Below, one piece after another: positions 12,887 through 25,373 of a DNA stretch of 64,000 bases. A program made the translations under genes and the position numbers. The notes under the pieces were generated by a model that saw only the letters and a list, made by a program, of their open reading frames with translations, ran no database searches and was not told the DNA's origin. Every line of letters begins with the position of its first letter. Within the stretch, counting starts at the first letter, position 1. Origin of the DNA: Botryllus schlosseri (taxonomy: Eukaryota); NCBI GenBank assembly GCA_051294905.1, contig CM119371.1:26910001-26974000 (forward strand), written 5' to 3'.

Positions 12887-14277
12887 CAGGGTTACCATCG
12901 ACATGGACCAAAAAATAAGGACAGTCGAAAAATTAAATTGGCATGAAAAAGCGTTTTTGTACATATAGGCTACTGCATTTATACGAGCCGTGGCATATCA
13001 TATTCCATACTTTTCACCAGAAACAATCTGCTCCAGCAACTCCCTGTTATTAGAAAGTGCTTCATGGATCTCGCGACAGCTCAGTTCTAGGTTTACCTTT
13101 ATTTAGGGCCGAAACAGCACTTCGTCAGCCCTCCCCCCCAAAAAATACCGTTGGTGTTGCCCCCTGGAGTGGTAAACCAAATTTCGTCACCTCGTTAAGA
13201 CGAGGCGTCAACAATGATGGAAAAAGGCCGCACACCAAGTTTAGACACATCATTTTTGAGCGTATGGAGCAACAACTCCAGTAACAATGCTTGTCGCCTT
13301 GGTGCTGGCCGAAGAAAACTTATTTGAAATGTTGGAATCGGAGAATATTGCTTTGAACAATTGCGATGTGTAATCGTTGGGGAGGAATGATTGCTGGTGT
13401 TTGACAGTATAGAATGCCTAGGTACCCTCTGCAGCTGCTGCCTTGTAGTCTGATGTCGTTGGTGCTGATCGACTTGTGGAAAAATTATTCATTGACTGGA
13501 TCAAATTAATCATCATGTCATGACACACTTCTTGCGTTTTGGGGTATCAATGTAAGTTGAAGTAGCGGTCTCTCCTATGGCCTCCAGGTTAATGTTACAA
13601 TTGCAGATATTGCTATGTGCGAAACACTCGCCCTTCAATCTTCGTTAGATACCGTTGAATTCTCACTCATAATCGACACGAAAGACGTTTTTACGCCTGT
13701 TTATTTCAACTAATCAGATTTAGTCTTCTTTGTAGCTAAAACAATATGCGCAAGTGCAATATAATTTGGAGAAATTTATCAATGATTTATAGCTTTACTA
13801 CTTTTTAACCAATGTGTCGACTGCACTGCGCCTTTTTTTCACTACGCAATAAATGCTGCTTTCCCCACAGCTTGAGCTTATTCTGCTGTGGACCAAACAG
13901 CAGTAACCTGGCATTACTGTTTACTGCTAAAATGACGTCCGCTGCGGTAGCTTGGTACAGCCGAACCACTACTCACTGCCCTAGCTATCTCACCATTTAG
14001 AAGTCAAATCTTGTGGTGTGTACGTCACGAGGGTTCCTTTCATTTATGATGTCATAAAATCTCGACGAATAAGCTTAATTTTAGAATATTATGCAACATG
14101 CAACATAGATACCAGAGGAAAACGATCGAAGTTTTGTAGCGGTTGAAAATAAGACAAAATAAGGACGCAAGTCGAAAATAAGGACATTTCTTAGAAATAA
14201 GGACAGTCGAGTATTCTAAGACGTGGTCCTTCAAAATAAGGACAAATCTTAGAAATAAGGACGGTATGGCAACCCTG
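12887..14277 (-). mobile_element. Internally deleted hAT (Blackjack-like) element with transposase relics
   Basis: TIRs CAGGGTTACCAT/ATGGCAACCCTG, ATAAGGAC subterminal repeats, TSD CTTATATA (12879-12886, 14278-14285). Minus strand reads AAEGT*AFYTVKHQQSF...TKATSIVTGVVAPY, PFSIIVDAS and ..LLEQIVSGEKY. Confidence 0.9.
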
Positions 14278-15011
14278 CTTATATATCACTACTTGCAACT
14301 GTATTTTAGCTAGATTTCAGCGCAATAGAACCATATTTGCATTTCGACGACATCGATGTCTAAAGAACACATTGCCGCCAAACGAAGTATTCGGGCGTTA
14401 ATGGCTTCGGAACGTGTCGGAAAATCTCTCAGTCAAACCGAGGGATGAAGTCGGACATTGGACGTTTTTAACGTAATGGAAGTTCGTCTTCTTTGTTTGG
14501 GCGTAGCAGCCTTTTGTACTCTTGATCATGATTTCATAGTCATCATATTGTAATTGGGGTTACCATACGTCCTTATTTGGAGGATTTATCCTCCTTTTGT
14601 CTTCTCTTCGCCCAAATGTCCTCCTTTATATCCTAAGATACCTAAAAAGACGGCGAACTACGCGAGATGCGGACCGAGATGACGGGAGACTGGTATTTCG
14701 GGAGTAGAGTTGGACAAATGACTGATTTTTCCGGTAAACCTAATGAGATTCGCTGTGTAAATTTCAAGATCACCCGTTTTCTCGTCCGCTATAGTAGATT
14801 TGAAAAGTTTACTTCTTTACGGATCTCTAAACATGGTGACCCTATATTAGGAGATATTTAAACGAACCCTCATACATGGCGTGTCCAGTCCAAACTTGTG
14901 TAATCGGTGCGCAGTCATTGAATATAAATTTATTTTGCGTATACTAGAGAGTATATATAATGCGATCTAGAGAGGTCTTAATATAGTAGGCCTACAGTAA
15001 ATAGGCTACTT

Positions 15012-15263
15012 TTATTCATCATCATCGATATTAACAAAATACACTAAGCACTTAGCGGCAACAAATATGAAAAGATACATTCCGAATGCTACCATATATA
15101 CGAAGTAGTCGCAACGGCGGATGGAGGCTGCCACGTCCTCTCTTGGTTGGCCTGCCGTTCCTTCTCGACATAGGTATCGTCCCATCACAATCCACAATAA
15201 TGTGAAAAAGATGGCCCCAAAGATGGCGCAACACATCATGGGATAATCTGAGAAAAGATTCAT
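15012..15263 (-). CDS. 83-aa two-transmembrane microprotein, copy B
   Basis: ATG at 15263. No indels or stops relative to copy A. TTGCAG acceptor 6 nt upstream, AATAAA at 14929-14934. Confidence 0.6.
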   Translation of the reverse strand: MNLFSDYPMMCCAIFGAIFFTLLWIVMGRYLCREGTAGQPREDVAASIRRCDYFVYMVAFGMYLFIFVAAKCLVYFVNIDDDE

Positions 15264-16293
15264 TGTTATCTGCAACGCAGCCGATTGAGAATAGGAATAT
15301 TTAGCTGCATCTAAAGGTGGTCAGTGAGAAAGTACTTCTACTTTTTCGAACACCTCAAAGTGGGCCTAGCGGACTGACCTATAGTCAGTTTCAGTGAACT
15401 TCTGTTTAACTAGGACAGATATCTACTACTGTTCGCAGTTTTTACTTGGAAAAGTAGATTGCAGTCTCAAACTACTTGCTCTATTTTCAGTCGATTAATT
15501 TGGTACTTCTACCCGAACTAATTTGGATGGCTTGTGAATCCCTACTTTACGAGCAATTAAGTAAAAATTTACGGCGGTACCCCAACTACTATACTTTACT
15601 TGAGTGACAGCGTTGATTACATTCTTCATAACTGCCTACTACAGTGGTTGTCAGCAGCCGGTCCGTGGAAAGCTTCCTTCGGGTCAGCCAGATATACTGG
15701 ACTTTTATATCACAATTCCAAAAGGCTCGAAATTTGACAATTGTTCATGAAAATATCAAACATCACAAATTAAATATTGAGCTATGTTTCCCAGTCTGCC
15801 TTGCGATTAGCGTATGTCACAATGCTGCAAGTCTTGTTCGAAACTATTTAAAATGAGCCTATTACGACCCGTTTACGTGAAAGCTTATACATATGTTTAA
15901 ACGAAGTTCATTACATTACGACGGTACAATTTAGCGACATTAAGCAGTAAAATATAGAGGCAAGAGAACAGCTAACTCCGATTTATTTCAAGGGAAAGCA
16001 AATGATCAAACTCCGACGTTGGCGGTCTCAACTTCAATTGAACCGCGTAGAACATATCTAATATGAAAGAGCAGTATTAAATAATGACGAATATTTACCT
16101 ATTAGTTGCATACTTTCGCCGGTAACAGTTTATTTTGTTGTTTTATACCGGTCCGCAAGATCAAAAAGGTTGACAAACACTGGCCTATACTGCAAGCGTT
16201 ATATCTTATAAAGAGCAAATGTAAATACTGATCAGGCGTGGCCAGGATTATGTTGCACAGCGTGCGATACGAAGGTGCCTTTATACTTTATAC

Positions 16294-17510
16294 CAGTGGT
16301 TCTCAACCGGGGGTCCGCGAAGCATTTTCAAGGGGTCCGCGAAGCCTCAAAATAATTGATAACCGAATTTGTATTTTTTTAATCGGGAAATCACGTGGCA
16401 CAGTTTCGCTTCATTACTAGTAAAACTCCAGAGCTCACATCAACAGTATGGCCGTCTGAGATGAAATATCCTACTGTGCGGCTCATTTTAATCCAAAAAT
16501 TGCCAATAGCCTACTGATACAAACATTTTGCTGTTTAGAGATGTTTTGTGGACTTGGGCCGCGGGCAGGATTCAAGAGTTTTTGCCACTCGCGGGCCGGA
16601 TCAGTCAAATAATTTCAATATGCTACGTCCACATCCATATCTTTGTTTTTCACTAGAATGCTTTATTGATATCACGGAATATGTGGGCCCACTCTATTCC
16701 AGCAATAACGTTATTCGCAAACAATGGAATTGGCAAAAATACGATAATTGGCCGGTTGAATACATTTATTATCTACTATAAGAGTGGCTGTAACGAGGAT
16801 ATGATTGAAAGATTTCTATGCCCATTTTAGTGGACAATGTCACTGGACAACGGATATGCGTCGTTGGTCCGACCTATTCGTGGAGAAAAATATGCTGGAT
16901 TATTTGCGTCGAATTATTCAGTAGTAAAATCTCAACTTCTGTAAAAAATCTGTCGGATAATGAGATTAATTTTTTCAATTTACTCAGAATGGCCTCGCGC
17001 GGGCCGGATGCAGCCCGCGGGCCGTATGTTTGACACCCCTGTGCTAGATAGAAATGACCAGACTCGACGTTGTATGTACATTGAAAAATTGCTTTTCAAT
17101 TTTGGTGCCATATTTATTGCGATCATACCCAAATGTGTCGTTGGAAGCGTTACGCGTTATTATTACATTCGCCATAACCTAAAATTGTGGGACCCAATTT
17201 TCGGCACTCGTTCATATCAAACCGAAGGCGCGTATTTTCAAGACACCACCACGTATTTCAGGATTGCAGTTGCAGAATTTGCTTTGAAATATTAAAAGTC
17301 ATCCCAATTTCAAAATGAAGAGTATGATCTTATTTTCAAGAAAAGTCATTTTGTTGCTCTTTATCACTAAGCCTACAGCTATCATTTGCACAAGTCAAAT
17401 GGTGATTGCATGATAATTGAGCTAAATTTGATCTAAAACTTCGTGGGGGTCCGCGGGGTCCGTGACGGTCCGGAAGGGGTCCGCGAAGACAAAAAGGTTG
17501 AGAACCACTG
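16294..17510. mobile_element. hAT Charlie/Buster-type non-autonomous element with nested MITE fragment (~16548-17041)
   Basis: TIRs CAGTGGTTCTCAACC/GGTTGAGAACCACTG, TSD CTTTATAC (16286-16293, 17511-17518). Empty site at ~4067. Confidence 0.92.
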
Positions 17511-17829
17511 CTTTATACCTTATAAACTGTTGCAGCATTTCACTCTGGTGTTCTGAATATATATCAAAATCGATCATTTGTAGGTAATAAAAGTTTATTC
17601 ACGTGTATGTCTGATATAAAAGCGGAGGTGGCATATAAATAATGTTATGTTCAATACTTCACAATATCTCCTACTTAATATTTTCACTCCTTAAATTTCA
17701 ATATGAAGACAATCTTTAATGAAATCGGGCCATTATGCCAGAATCGTAGCTACAGGCTTTACAGTTTAGAGATATGAGGTACTATATGCCGATAATGCAA
17801 GACGCTACTAACAACAGGATAAATATTAA

Positions 17830-18744
17830 GCGGACAAGCAACCCAGAAAAATCAAAATTTTCGATTGTTTTTCTGGTACGAAATATTAACATGGTATTTC
17901 TGCCGTCACCTCATGGCCTCATTTTACCTAAACAATAACAATTCGGGTTCATTTCAATATGAATATACGATTCAATTGTATATTGAAGTTCTGTACCTCC
18001 AAGAAGCTCTTCAAACAACTAAAAACTGCAAAATTTCAATTTTATTTTTCTTCTATAATGGGGTGGGGGGGTCAAGTTTCAACCAAAAGATCACATGTTC
18101 AACCCGATACCTCTATAAAATATATGGTTTGGCCGTTAGAAAAATATATATCTATACTATCTTCGGGTACAAATTTGTTACATTGTTGTCAGTTGTCATT
18201 CAAGCATTCCGGCATTCATTCTTATAATTACATCGGCAACACTTGGTTCATAACTTTTTACCAAATAGTTTTATGTAATTTTCTTTCAAAAATTTTTTCC
18301 CTAAATGATTCACTCATGGTTTTTCGGAAATGTGACATTCAGACATGGGCTGTTCTAAAAGTTTTTTGACATCGGTCTACCATGCTAAGAGTCACAGAAC
18401 TTCAAAGCAAACTTACAGCAAATTTATGAATTTTTAATTTTGAAATGAAATTTCTTCGAAATGGGTTGCAGAGTAATCCTTGAAATTTTAGCATAGAACA
18501 GCACTGTCCTAGTACTCCTGAAGAAAGCGTTAGATCGGAAAAAAGGCTTCATAATATCGAGATTTTACATAGCCCGTGTCGGTGCATTTTTTGTCCTTGA
18601 AATCCAACAAAATTCACGATCTGCAGGGTAGAACGAAATTTCTTTGTTTTTTTGTTGATAGCATAGCAACAATTAGCAACTGTGAAAATTTCATGCTGAT
18701 GGGGGTAGCAATCCCAAATTTAGGTTTTGGGGTTGCTAGTCACC
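17830..18744. mobile_element. Kolobok-like non-autonomous element at a TTAA site
   Basis: TTAA|GCGGACAAGCAACCC ... GGGTTGCTAGTCACC|TTGA. Paralog has the empty site ATATTAAGAGAAAAATACC (~4382). Superfamily inferred from the TTAA site and G-starting termini. Confidence 0.65.
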
Positions 18745-18879
18745 TTGAGAAAAATACCAATGAATATCATATTATAAAATAGGAAGCTGCGACTTAATTT
18801 AGCAAAGAATATTTATATGTGATTCATGTCATTGAATATGATTTTTGCGATATGTGCATCTCGCCGTCAAATAAGTGAG

Positions 18880-20560
18880 GAATTATCCGTTGCTCCAAGA
18901 ATGGGGTATAGCGACCAGGGTTCTGTCTGGACTCTCTTCTTTCATCGACGATTCTGGGGGATCGAGTCCTTTCTGTATCGGTAATGGAATATGGCTAAGC
19001 GTTTCGTGCCCTGATCAAAATGTTACAGACAATCAAAAACGGGTTTAAATCGATCTTGGGACATTTTCAAACGATACGTTTAAACTTCTTCCATTCATAC
19101 TAAATGACAGGGTATATGAGCACTTTTGAATTCGACAGAAAATCGAGAATCTCTGTAGAACGAATGATTTTGAGCAGTGGTAAACTATATCCGTTAGGCA
19201 ACCGGGCCTGATATAACTGATTCGGTAAAACTGCGAGGAACACATGTGCTCACCAGTATTAGTTGCAAGCGCGCGCTCATTTATGTTAACGTTGTGGCGA
19301 GACCTATCAATGAAATCCTTTATACTACGGTTGTGGTGCACCCGCAATGTAGACGATACATTACTGATTTCACTGCAGTATTTGTGAAACTGTTATCCTC
19401 TTAAGACTGCGGTAAATGAACATTCGAAGCCTACGAATGATCCACAAACATCTAAACATTCTCGCTGAAATTTCGAACATGTCGTAAATACTTGACCGAT
19501 AGATTTATTTTATGTTATGATGATACATCTGCTGGCAAGCCGAATTCGCCAAATAACAATTTTATACTGTTCTACTGGTCTCAGCATTCATCGGCACATT
19601 TCAACGACATGATTGTTATTTTAAAATAGTTAATGAATGAATGGACAACGCCTGAAGTGAACTGGAACGGTGAACTTTGGGCAATTGACATATTATATGA
19701 GCGTACACGTTTTCTGCGATTTCACCAAACACATTCCAGGTTTTCACTCACTTACCAGTAGATCGCTGAACAGTGTTATCCCCAGTAGTGATCCCCGCAT
19801 CGGTTTTATCCCCCCGCTTCTTCATAACGTTAGTAATACCGCACCGTAAACGTTTTATTGTAATGAACGGCCTATATTCGTTGAACATAACATCTTAAAC
19901 TAGTATAGTAATGGCGTTTCTTTCAGTACCATCTGAGTAATATGAACAAGGGGAACAGGATCCCAAATAACGCGATACAATTCACTACCACACATCAGTA
20001 ACTTTGTGGCGTACACACTTAGCTACAGACCATGCTGCATGATCTGTCCGTCCAGTCGTTATTTCCAATGGAAACGGAACCGAGGTCGTCGATGGCGACA
20101 CACCCGAGAAAATCATCTCATCACTAATTACCTATTGCGAAACGTGTTCTCGGGATGAATGTTGGTGTTAAATAACAAATTATTTAAACACATAAAAGCC
20201 GAAGCTGCTGTGTTTTATATACGAAAATATATGCTACTGGCAGTAAAATATATTAATCAGTTTTCTTAGTTAGTGTCCGCAAAATTGTAATACTTATACG
20301 TAAAAACAAACATAAATATTAAAATATCCCATGTTAGAAATTGTATGGGAAAGTTTCGTCTGCAATAATAGTCCAGTTTTCTTCTCCATCGAGGCACAGG
20401 AAAATGTCGATTAGAGAAAGTTAACATAACAAGTATTTTCCAGAGGCAGCTTTAACCATATCAGGTTTATTATAATTTGCACAACCGACTTTTCACGAAC
20501 TCTTCATATCCTCGATTCGATCGTTCGCAACTCGGGCTGGACTGCTTGGACCAGTCCTGG
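18880..20560 (-). pseudogene. Degenerate type-I membrane protein gene, unit B
   Basis: S/T/P stalk (GVSPSTTSVPFP), TM-like VVVNCIALFGILFPLFILLRWY*KKRH, cytoplasmic segment ending at a GTAAGT donor (~19755), and a later exon-like block HETLSHIPLPIQKGLDPPESS also present in unit A (~4580-4650). Confidence 0.4.
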
Positions 20561-21584
20561 AAATAGATAAAACCAGCGAGAGTAAATCAAGCCATAACGA
20601 AGGAAGTTACTGGTTACAAGTTGATCAAAGTTGTCTCAAAGTACCATATTTCATTTTGATTAACCAACGAACTATTTTCTTCCGATTCAGGAGACACGAC
20701 GAATTTTACTTGAAAAACGTTGTCCCGACGCGCAGATACTGCATACTTCGCATTATTATAAGGCTGGTTCATTGTCGGCCTGCTATAGTATTCCCCAGGA
20801 TTTTACGATATTTTACTGTATCTAAGCACTTCCATAGTTTGGTATGGGTAGTCGGGCCCTTTAAGACAAAAGAACATCCTCTACGAGCATATGTCTATAT
20901 ATTAATACGTCGTGACGAATTTACCTAAAAATTATTATAGCGTGCCGGTCCTGTTTGGTTTCGGGCCCAGGACTCCTGCCTGGTATTCAAAAACTTTCTT
21001 TATAGGAACGTCTGTAAAAATATAAGTTTCTTTACGTTATATTTGATTAATAAAACTCGAACTCTAGCCAAATCTGCGATATCAAATATAATTGAATTAC
21101 GGACAAGGAAGTATACCAACGACTCTTAGCTGCGTTTTTTTTATGGAAACTGAATAGTGGGTCACTTGTACTTGTGCAATCGTAGCTTAGCAATAGATAT
21201 GAAGTGAACACTATGCAATTAAAAAATAACTTTGCTGTAGGCGAGGCGTGATCTCGCAACCCCTGCATGTCTGCGGATCATTCGTACGGTGCGCTAACCC
21301 ATTTCGCCAGTGAAAAGTGGCTTATTTTGGACAACGACGACGATATTTTTACGCCAATGGAGAGTGGCTTATTTTGGACAACAACGACGATATTTTCAAA
21401 CTGAAATCAATGTCAGTATTCAAAAATGCTTTATTATGCGTTCTTTCGATATCTCAAATCAGATCGCAGCCCAATCCAGAATGTCTGAGTTATCGCGACG
21501 GTTTCCTCGATGACAAATATCGCACGTCGAACACATGTTTTAAAAATTGTTGCTCCGAAGCAACATAATTCCATTGCCGACGGC

Positions 21585-21930
21585 CTATTTAAAAGCATCC
21601 TGTCGTTTCGGGCCATCTTGAACAGCCGCGAGTCTTTTGTAGACCTTCATCTCCGAGCAGCACGGGACGTGAATCGTCAACGTGTTGGCGTAAACGTCAT
21701 CAAACCACCACCTAATGGTACCGAAGTCTGTTTCGTTGAAGTTGGCATTCAGATTGGTCCCGCCCCGCTGCCACCATCCTTCGCGGTCAGACGACCAACC
21801 ATCATGATCCGCGTCTTTCGTCGAGAATTGTTCATTGTTGTGATATACGAGACCATCTGCGGCTACATTCCCGGAGAATCCGGATACGTGCAATGTGTAG
21901 TTGTCGGATCCGGGACCGATGCGGAAATTC
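21585..21930 (-). CDS. Fibrinogen-related domain (FReD), last exon
   Basis: NFRIGPGSDNYTLHVSGFSGNVAADGLVYHNNEQFSTKDADHD..GWW..TNLN..IRW..SEMKV. TTCTTCCAG acceptor at 21931. Confidence 0.75.
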
Positions 21931-22323
21931 CTGGAAGAATTTAGAACCATGGCGTCACGATTTGACGTTAGTGACGACATGATGGAGCATGACGAGGGCG
22001 CTGTTGAGTGCTTGTCGGTATTACGTGATTGCGTCAGTATTACGTCATTACGTATAACGAGAGAATTCTTTCTCTATTTTGAATTTGGAATTGAAAACCA
22101 AACCAACATCATCAAGAAAGATTTCCCGAAGAAATTATAAATCGGCGGATTGACGTGAAGATCAAAAGTAAGGAAATTGCCACATAGGCGCAAAGAACCA
22201 ACAGTCAATAAATTTAAAAGATTTTGGTGAATTATCATGAGATAGTTATTCGCGCTCGCTGATTGAGTCACATCGATTAACCTAATTTGGTCATTGTCAA
22301 CTCCGTGTACAGTATTCGAATAC

Positions 22324-22423
22324 CTGTATTTAGCCCACAAATGGTCTTTTTCGTCTTTCGTCATCACGTTGATTTCCAACGACGTGTCATTTCCTTTTGT
22401 CATTTGATGCAATGACTCGAGCC
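22324..22423 (-). CDS. Fibrinogen-related domain, penultimate exon
   Basis: TTTTCAG|G-LESLHQMTKGNDTSLEINVMTKDEKDHLWAKY-R|GTATTC. Splices in frame (phase 2) to 21930. N-terminal FReD exons not found, so possibly a pseudogene. Confidence 0.7.
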
Positions 22424-22619
22424 CTGAAAAAATATCGGTTTTCAGTCGATTACTTTCAAACGCAAAATATCATATAAAACGCAACACGACGCTTACTATT
22501 TTAGTCCTCACACAATCGGGTAGTGGTGATTGTGCTGTTCGTGGTGTTCATCAACTGTTATGGTCATTTACACCAGGCTCACAACCCTTTGGTGTTGCAG
22601 CTGTGGGTCACACCACTTC

Positions 22620-24059
22620 GCTATCTCGTCAGGCACACTATCGACTTAAGAGGGGTAAAATTCTACGACTGAATCGAAACCAACCTACCCAGCCACAAAT
22701 CTCCGTTGCAATCCCCGAATCCATTCACGTAATCGTCCCAACCTCGGGAGAAATCCACGTTTCCGTGTTTTCTTCGCTGGAAAACCTGAAACGCAGTACG
22801 GCAAACGGTCGAAGTGACAGAAATCTCACGAATTCTCTTCTCCGAGTCCGCGCTCGAGGCTATCGTTCAAAATAATGCGTCGCCGCGAACTGATTTGAAC
22901 TTTTTTCATCTCAAACCGAGCTTTCTCATGACGTTGCTAACGATTTTTCTTTCAAAGATTCAAAATTCCACTCACAGTCCATTTCCCGTGTGCAGGACAT
23001 GTCTTCTTCCCATCTTCTGCTCTGATTTGAAGCGGGTGATTCACGAATCCAAATATCAAAACAAACCAAATCTTGAGTAACATTTTCAGAGGCGATTTGA
23101 TATCAGAGGCGATTTAACGATGCGTGTCCTGCTGAACTTGAGAAGATAGATGACGGTGGGGAGATTAATTCATATAGGCGCAGAAGATCATGCGGCCAGC
23201 TTCAACTGATCTATACGTTTGCAATGAGAATTCGCTGCGTTGACTACCATTTTGAGGAAAACAGCTTCCTGATATCGTTTAGGAAAGGCGTTGAATAAAA
23301 TCGACAGTTTTTTTTGACAAAATACGAAAAAAACTTCCCTATCAATTTTATGCATGATCGAGTTAGCCTACTGTGAAACTCGATTCAACGCATTTCCTAA
23401 ACGATATCAGGAAGCTGTCTTCCTCAAAATGGCAGTCAACGCAGCGAATTGTCATTGCAAACGTATAGCTCAGTTGAAGCTGGTCGCATGATATTCTGCG
23501 CCTTTATGAATTAATCTGGCCACCGTCATCTATCTTCTCAAGTTCAGCAGGACACGCATCGTTAAATCGCCTCTGATATCAAATCACCTCTGAAAATGTT
23601 ACTCAAGATTTGGTTTGTTTTGATATTTGGATTCTTGAATTACGCGCTTCAAATCAGAACAGAAGATGAGAAGAAGACATGCCCTGCACACGAGAAATGG
23701 ACTGTGAGTAGAATTTGGAATCTTTGAAAGAAAAATCGTTTGCAACGTTATGAGAAAGCTCGGTTTGAGATGAAAAAAGTTTAAATCAGTTCGCGGTGAC
23801 ACATTATTTTGAACGATAGCCTCGAACGCGGACTCGGAGAAGAGAATTCGTGAGATTTCTGTCACTTCGACCGTTTTTCGTATTGCGTTTCAGGTTCTCC
23901 AGCGAAGTAAACACGGAAACGTGGATTTTCCCCGAGGTTGGGACGATTACGTGAACGGATGCGGAGATTGTAACGGAGATTTTTTGCTGGGTAGGTTGGT
24001 TTCGATACAGTCGTAGAATTTTAACCCTCTTAACTCCATTGTGTGCGTGACGAGATAGC
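22620..24059. mobile_element. 1.44-kb foldback/palindromic element
   Basis: Arms 22620-23296 and 23383-24059 are reverse complements with an ~86-bp spacer. Mirror ORFs 22814+ and 23599- are an artefact of the symmetry. Confidence 0.85.
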
Positions 24060-25157
24060 TAAATCCAACAGAAGCTCCACTGCGCTGAGTATATAGTTAT
24101 AAATCGTGAAAGTCATGTACATTTGAACAATCATGAGGTTCTAGTGGGTGAGCTTCGGAAGGTTCCATTGTTAATAGTAAATTTATTGACACGTTGATAT
24201 TTAGTGACGTTCCTGGCAATGGTTGTTGCTATTAAAATGATATTGGTGTCGATCACACGTACCTGGCCAAACTAAGGGTGGATTGCACAGATGCCGATTG
24301 AAAAGTAATCACCGATTGCCTTAATCGGCGATAATTTAATCAGCGAGTAAGGTCACCTGGTGACTCTGTGGTACAGATACGGATTCGCCTGTGAGTTATC
24401 TTATCGCGGATTACTGACGCAAATGACGTACGTTAGCAATCAGCTGTTTTCGGTCGGTGGCGATATGAACTTTGTCGTCATAAGGGAGAGATGCGCTCTT
24501 CATGGATATGTATATTTAGCTGATGTCATGCGCGTATAGCAGCTAACTAAACTGTTGCTACTACACAGTGTAAGGTTATGAACGCCAGAACGCGTCAGAA
24601 CAAACGTTTTGAGGTTATGAAAAGAGGTATTGTAGGAATAGCGTACCAAAATCATCGTCTTATACCGGTATTGCTATGCCAGAAACTCTACTACAAATTT
24701 CGTATATTGCAGGACATTTATCTACTCAGGCATATCTAGAACTAGAGAGATACTTTTCAGATAGAACCTTATTTTCCGTTTATTGGTGCATTAGTCATTA
24801 TAGCCGCTTCACCAATGTGAAGATATACAAATTGAGTTCATACACACACATTTGCATACGATTTTGATTTCTCCATACCAATGACAATTGGCTCTGCATA
24901 GGAGTGTAGAAGTAAATTTCAGCCATTGCAAAGATCTAACTATTGTGCAATGTGCTCAAGTGCTGTACAAACAGTAATGCATTTATGTTACAATTTTGCA
25001 ATGCAAAGTTATCTGCTGTTACCCAGTTGAGTAATCATGTTTGTTGACAGCCAAACCTCACTTCAGTTTATCAAGAATTTGGTAAACCATAAAATTTAAT
25101 ACAACCTGTTCTACAGAGAGCTATATTAATATAGTGCAATGTCGACTGAGAGTAACA

Positions 25158-25373
25158 ATGGATCCATACCTCAATGTTCTTGCTACCCTCCAGATGTTAG
25201 ACAGCCTAGCATACGAGAGAGTGCCAAGAAGATTGGTCAAAGACAGAGCAAATCCATTGGAATATACCCTGGAGGTTAGCGACACCGATAACGTGACGGC
25301 ACAACCGAGAGCACGACTTCAGCGCAGACAGATTGTTCAAAATCACTTCTCTGGAATGTCATCTCGTGTTTGA
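25158..25373 (+). pseudogene. Harbinger nuclease N- and C-termini fused by internal deletion
   Basis: PRRLVKDRANPLEY (typical N-terminus) joined directly to ARLQRRQIVQNHF (typical C-terminus). DDE core absent. Confidence 0.6.

Larger units (their letters stand above)
12598..19447. repeat. Tandem segmental duplication, unit B
   Basis: Colinear with 847-5060 after removing three unit-B-specific insertions. Confidence 0.9.

Noticed and set aside
8500..14550. Possible coding region across the TE-stripped 8500-8888 + 12603-12886 + 14286-14550 segment
   Set aside because: Every frame tried has multiple stops and no recognisable motif.
15264..15275. 87-aa version of microprotein copy B
   Set aside because: The extension uses a TTG start overlapping the splice acceptor, and copy A has a 1-nt indel there.
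22814..23865. Pair of 88-aa ORFs (MTEISRILFSES...) on opposite strands
   Set aside because: Mirror images inside the palindrome arms with GTG starts and no protein features.
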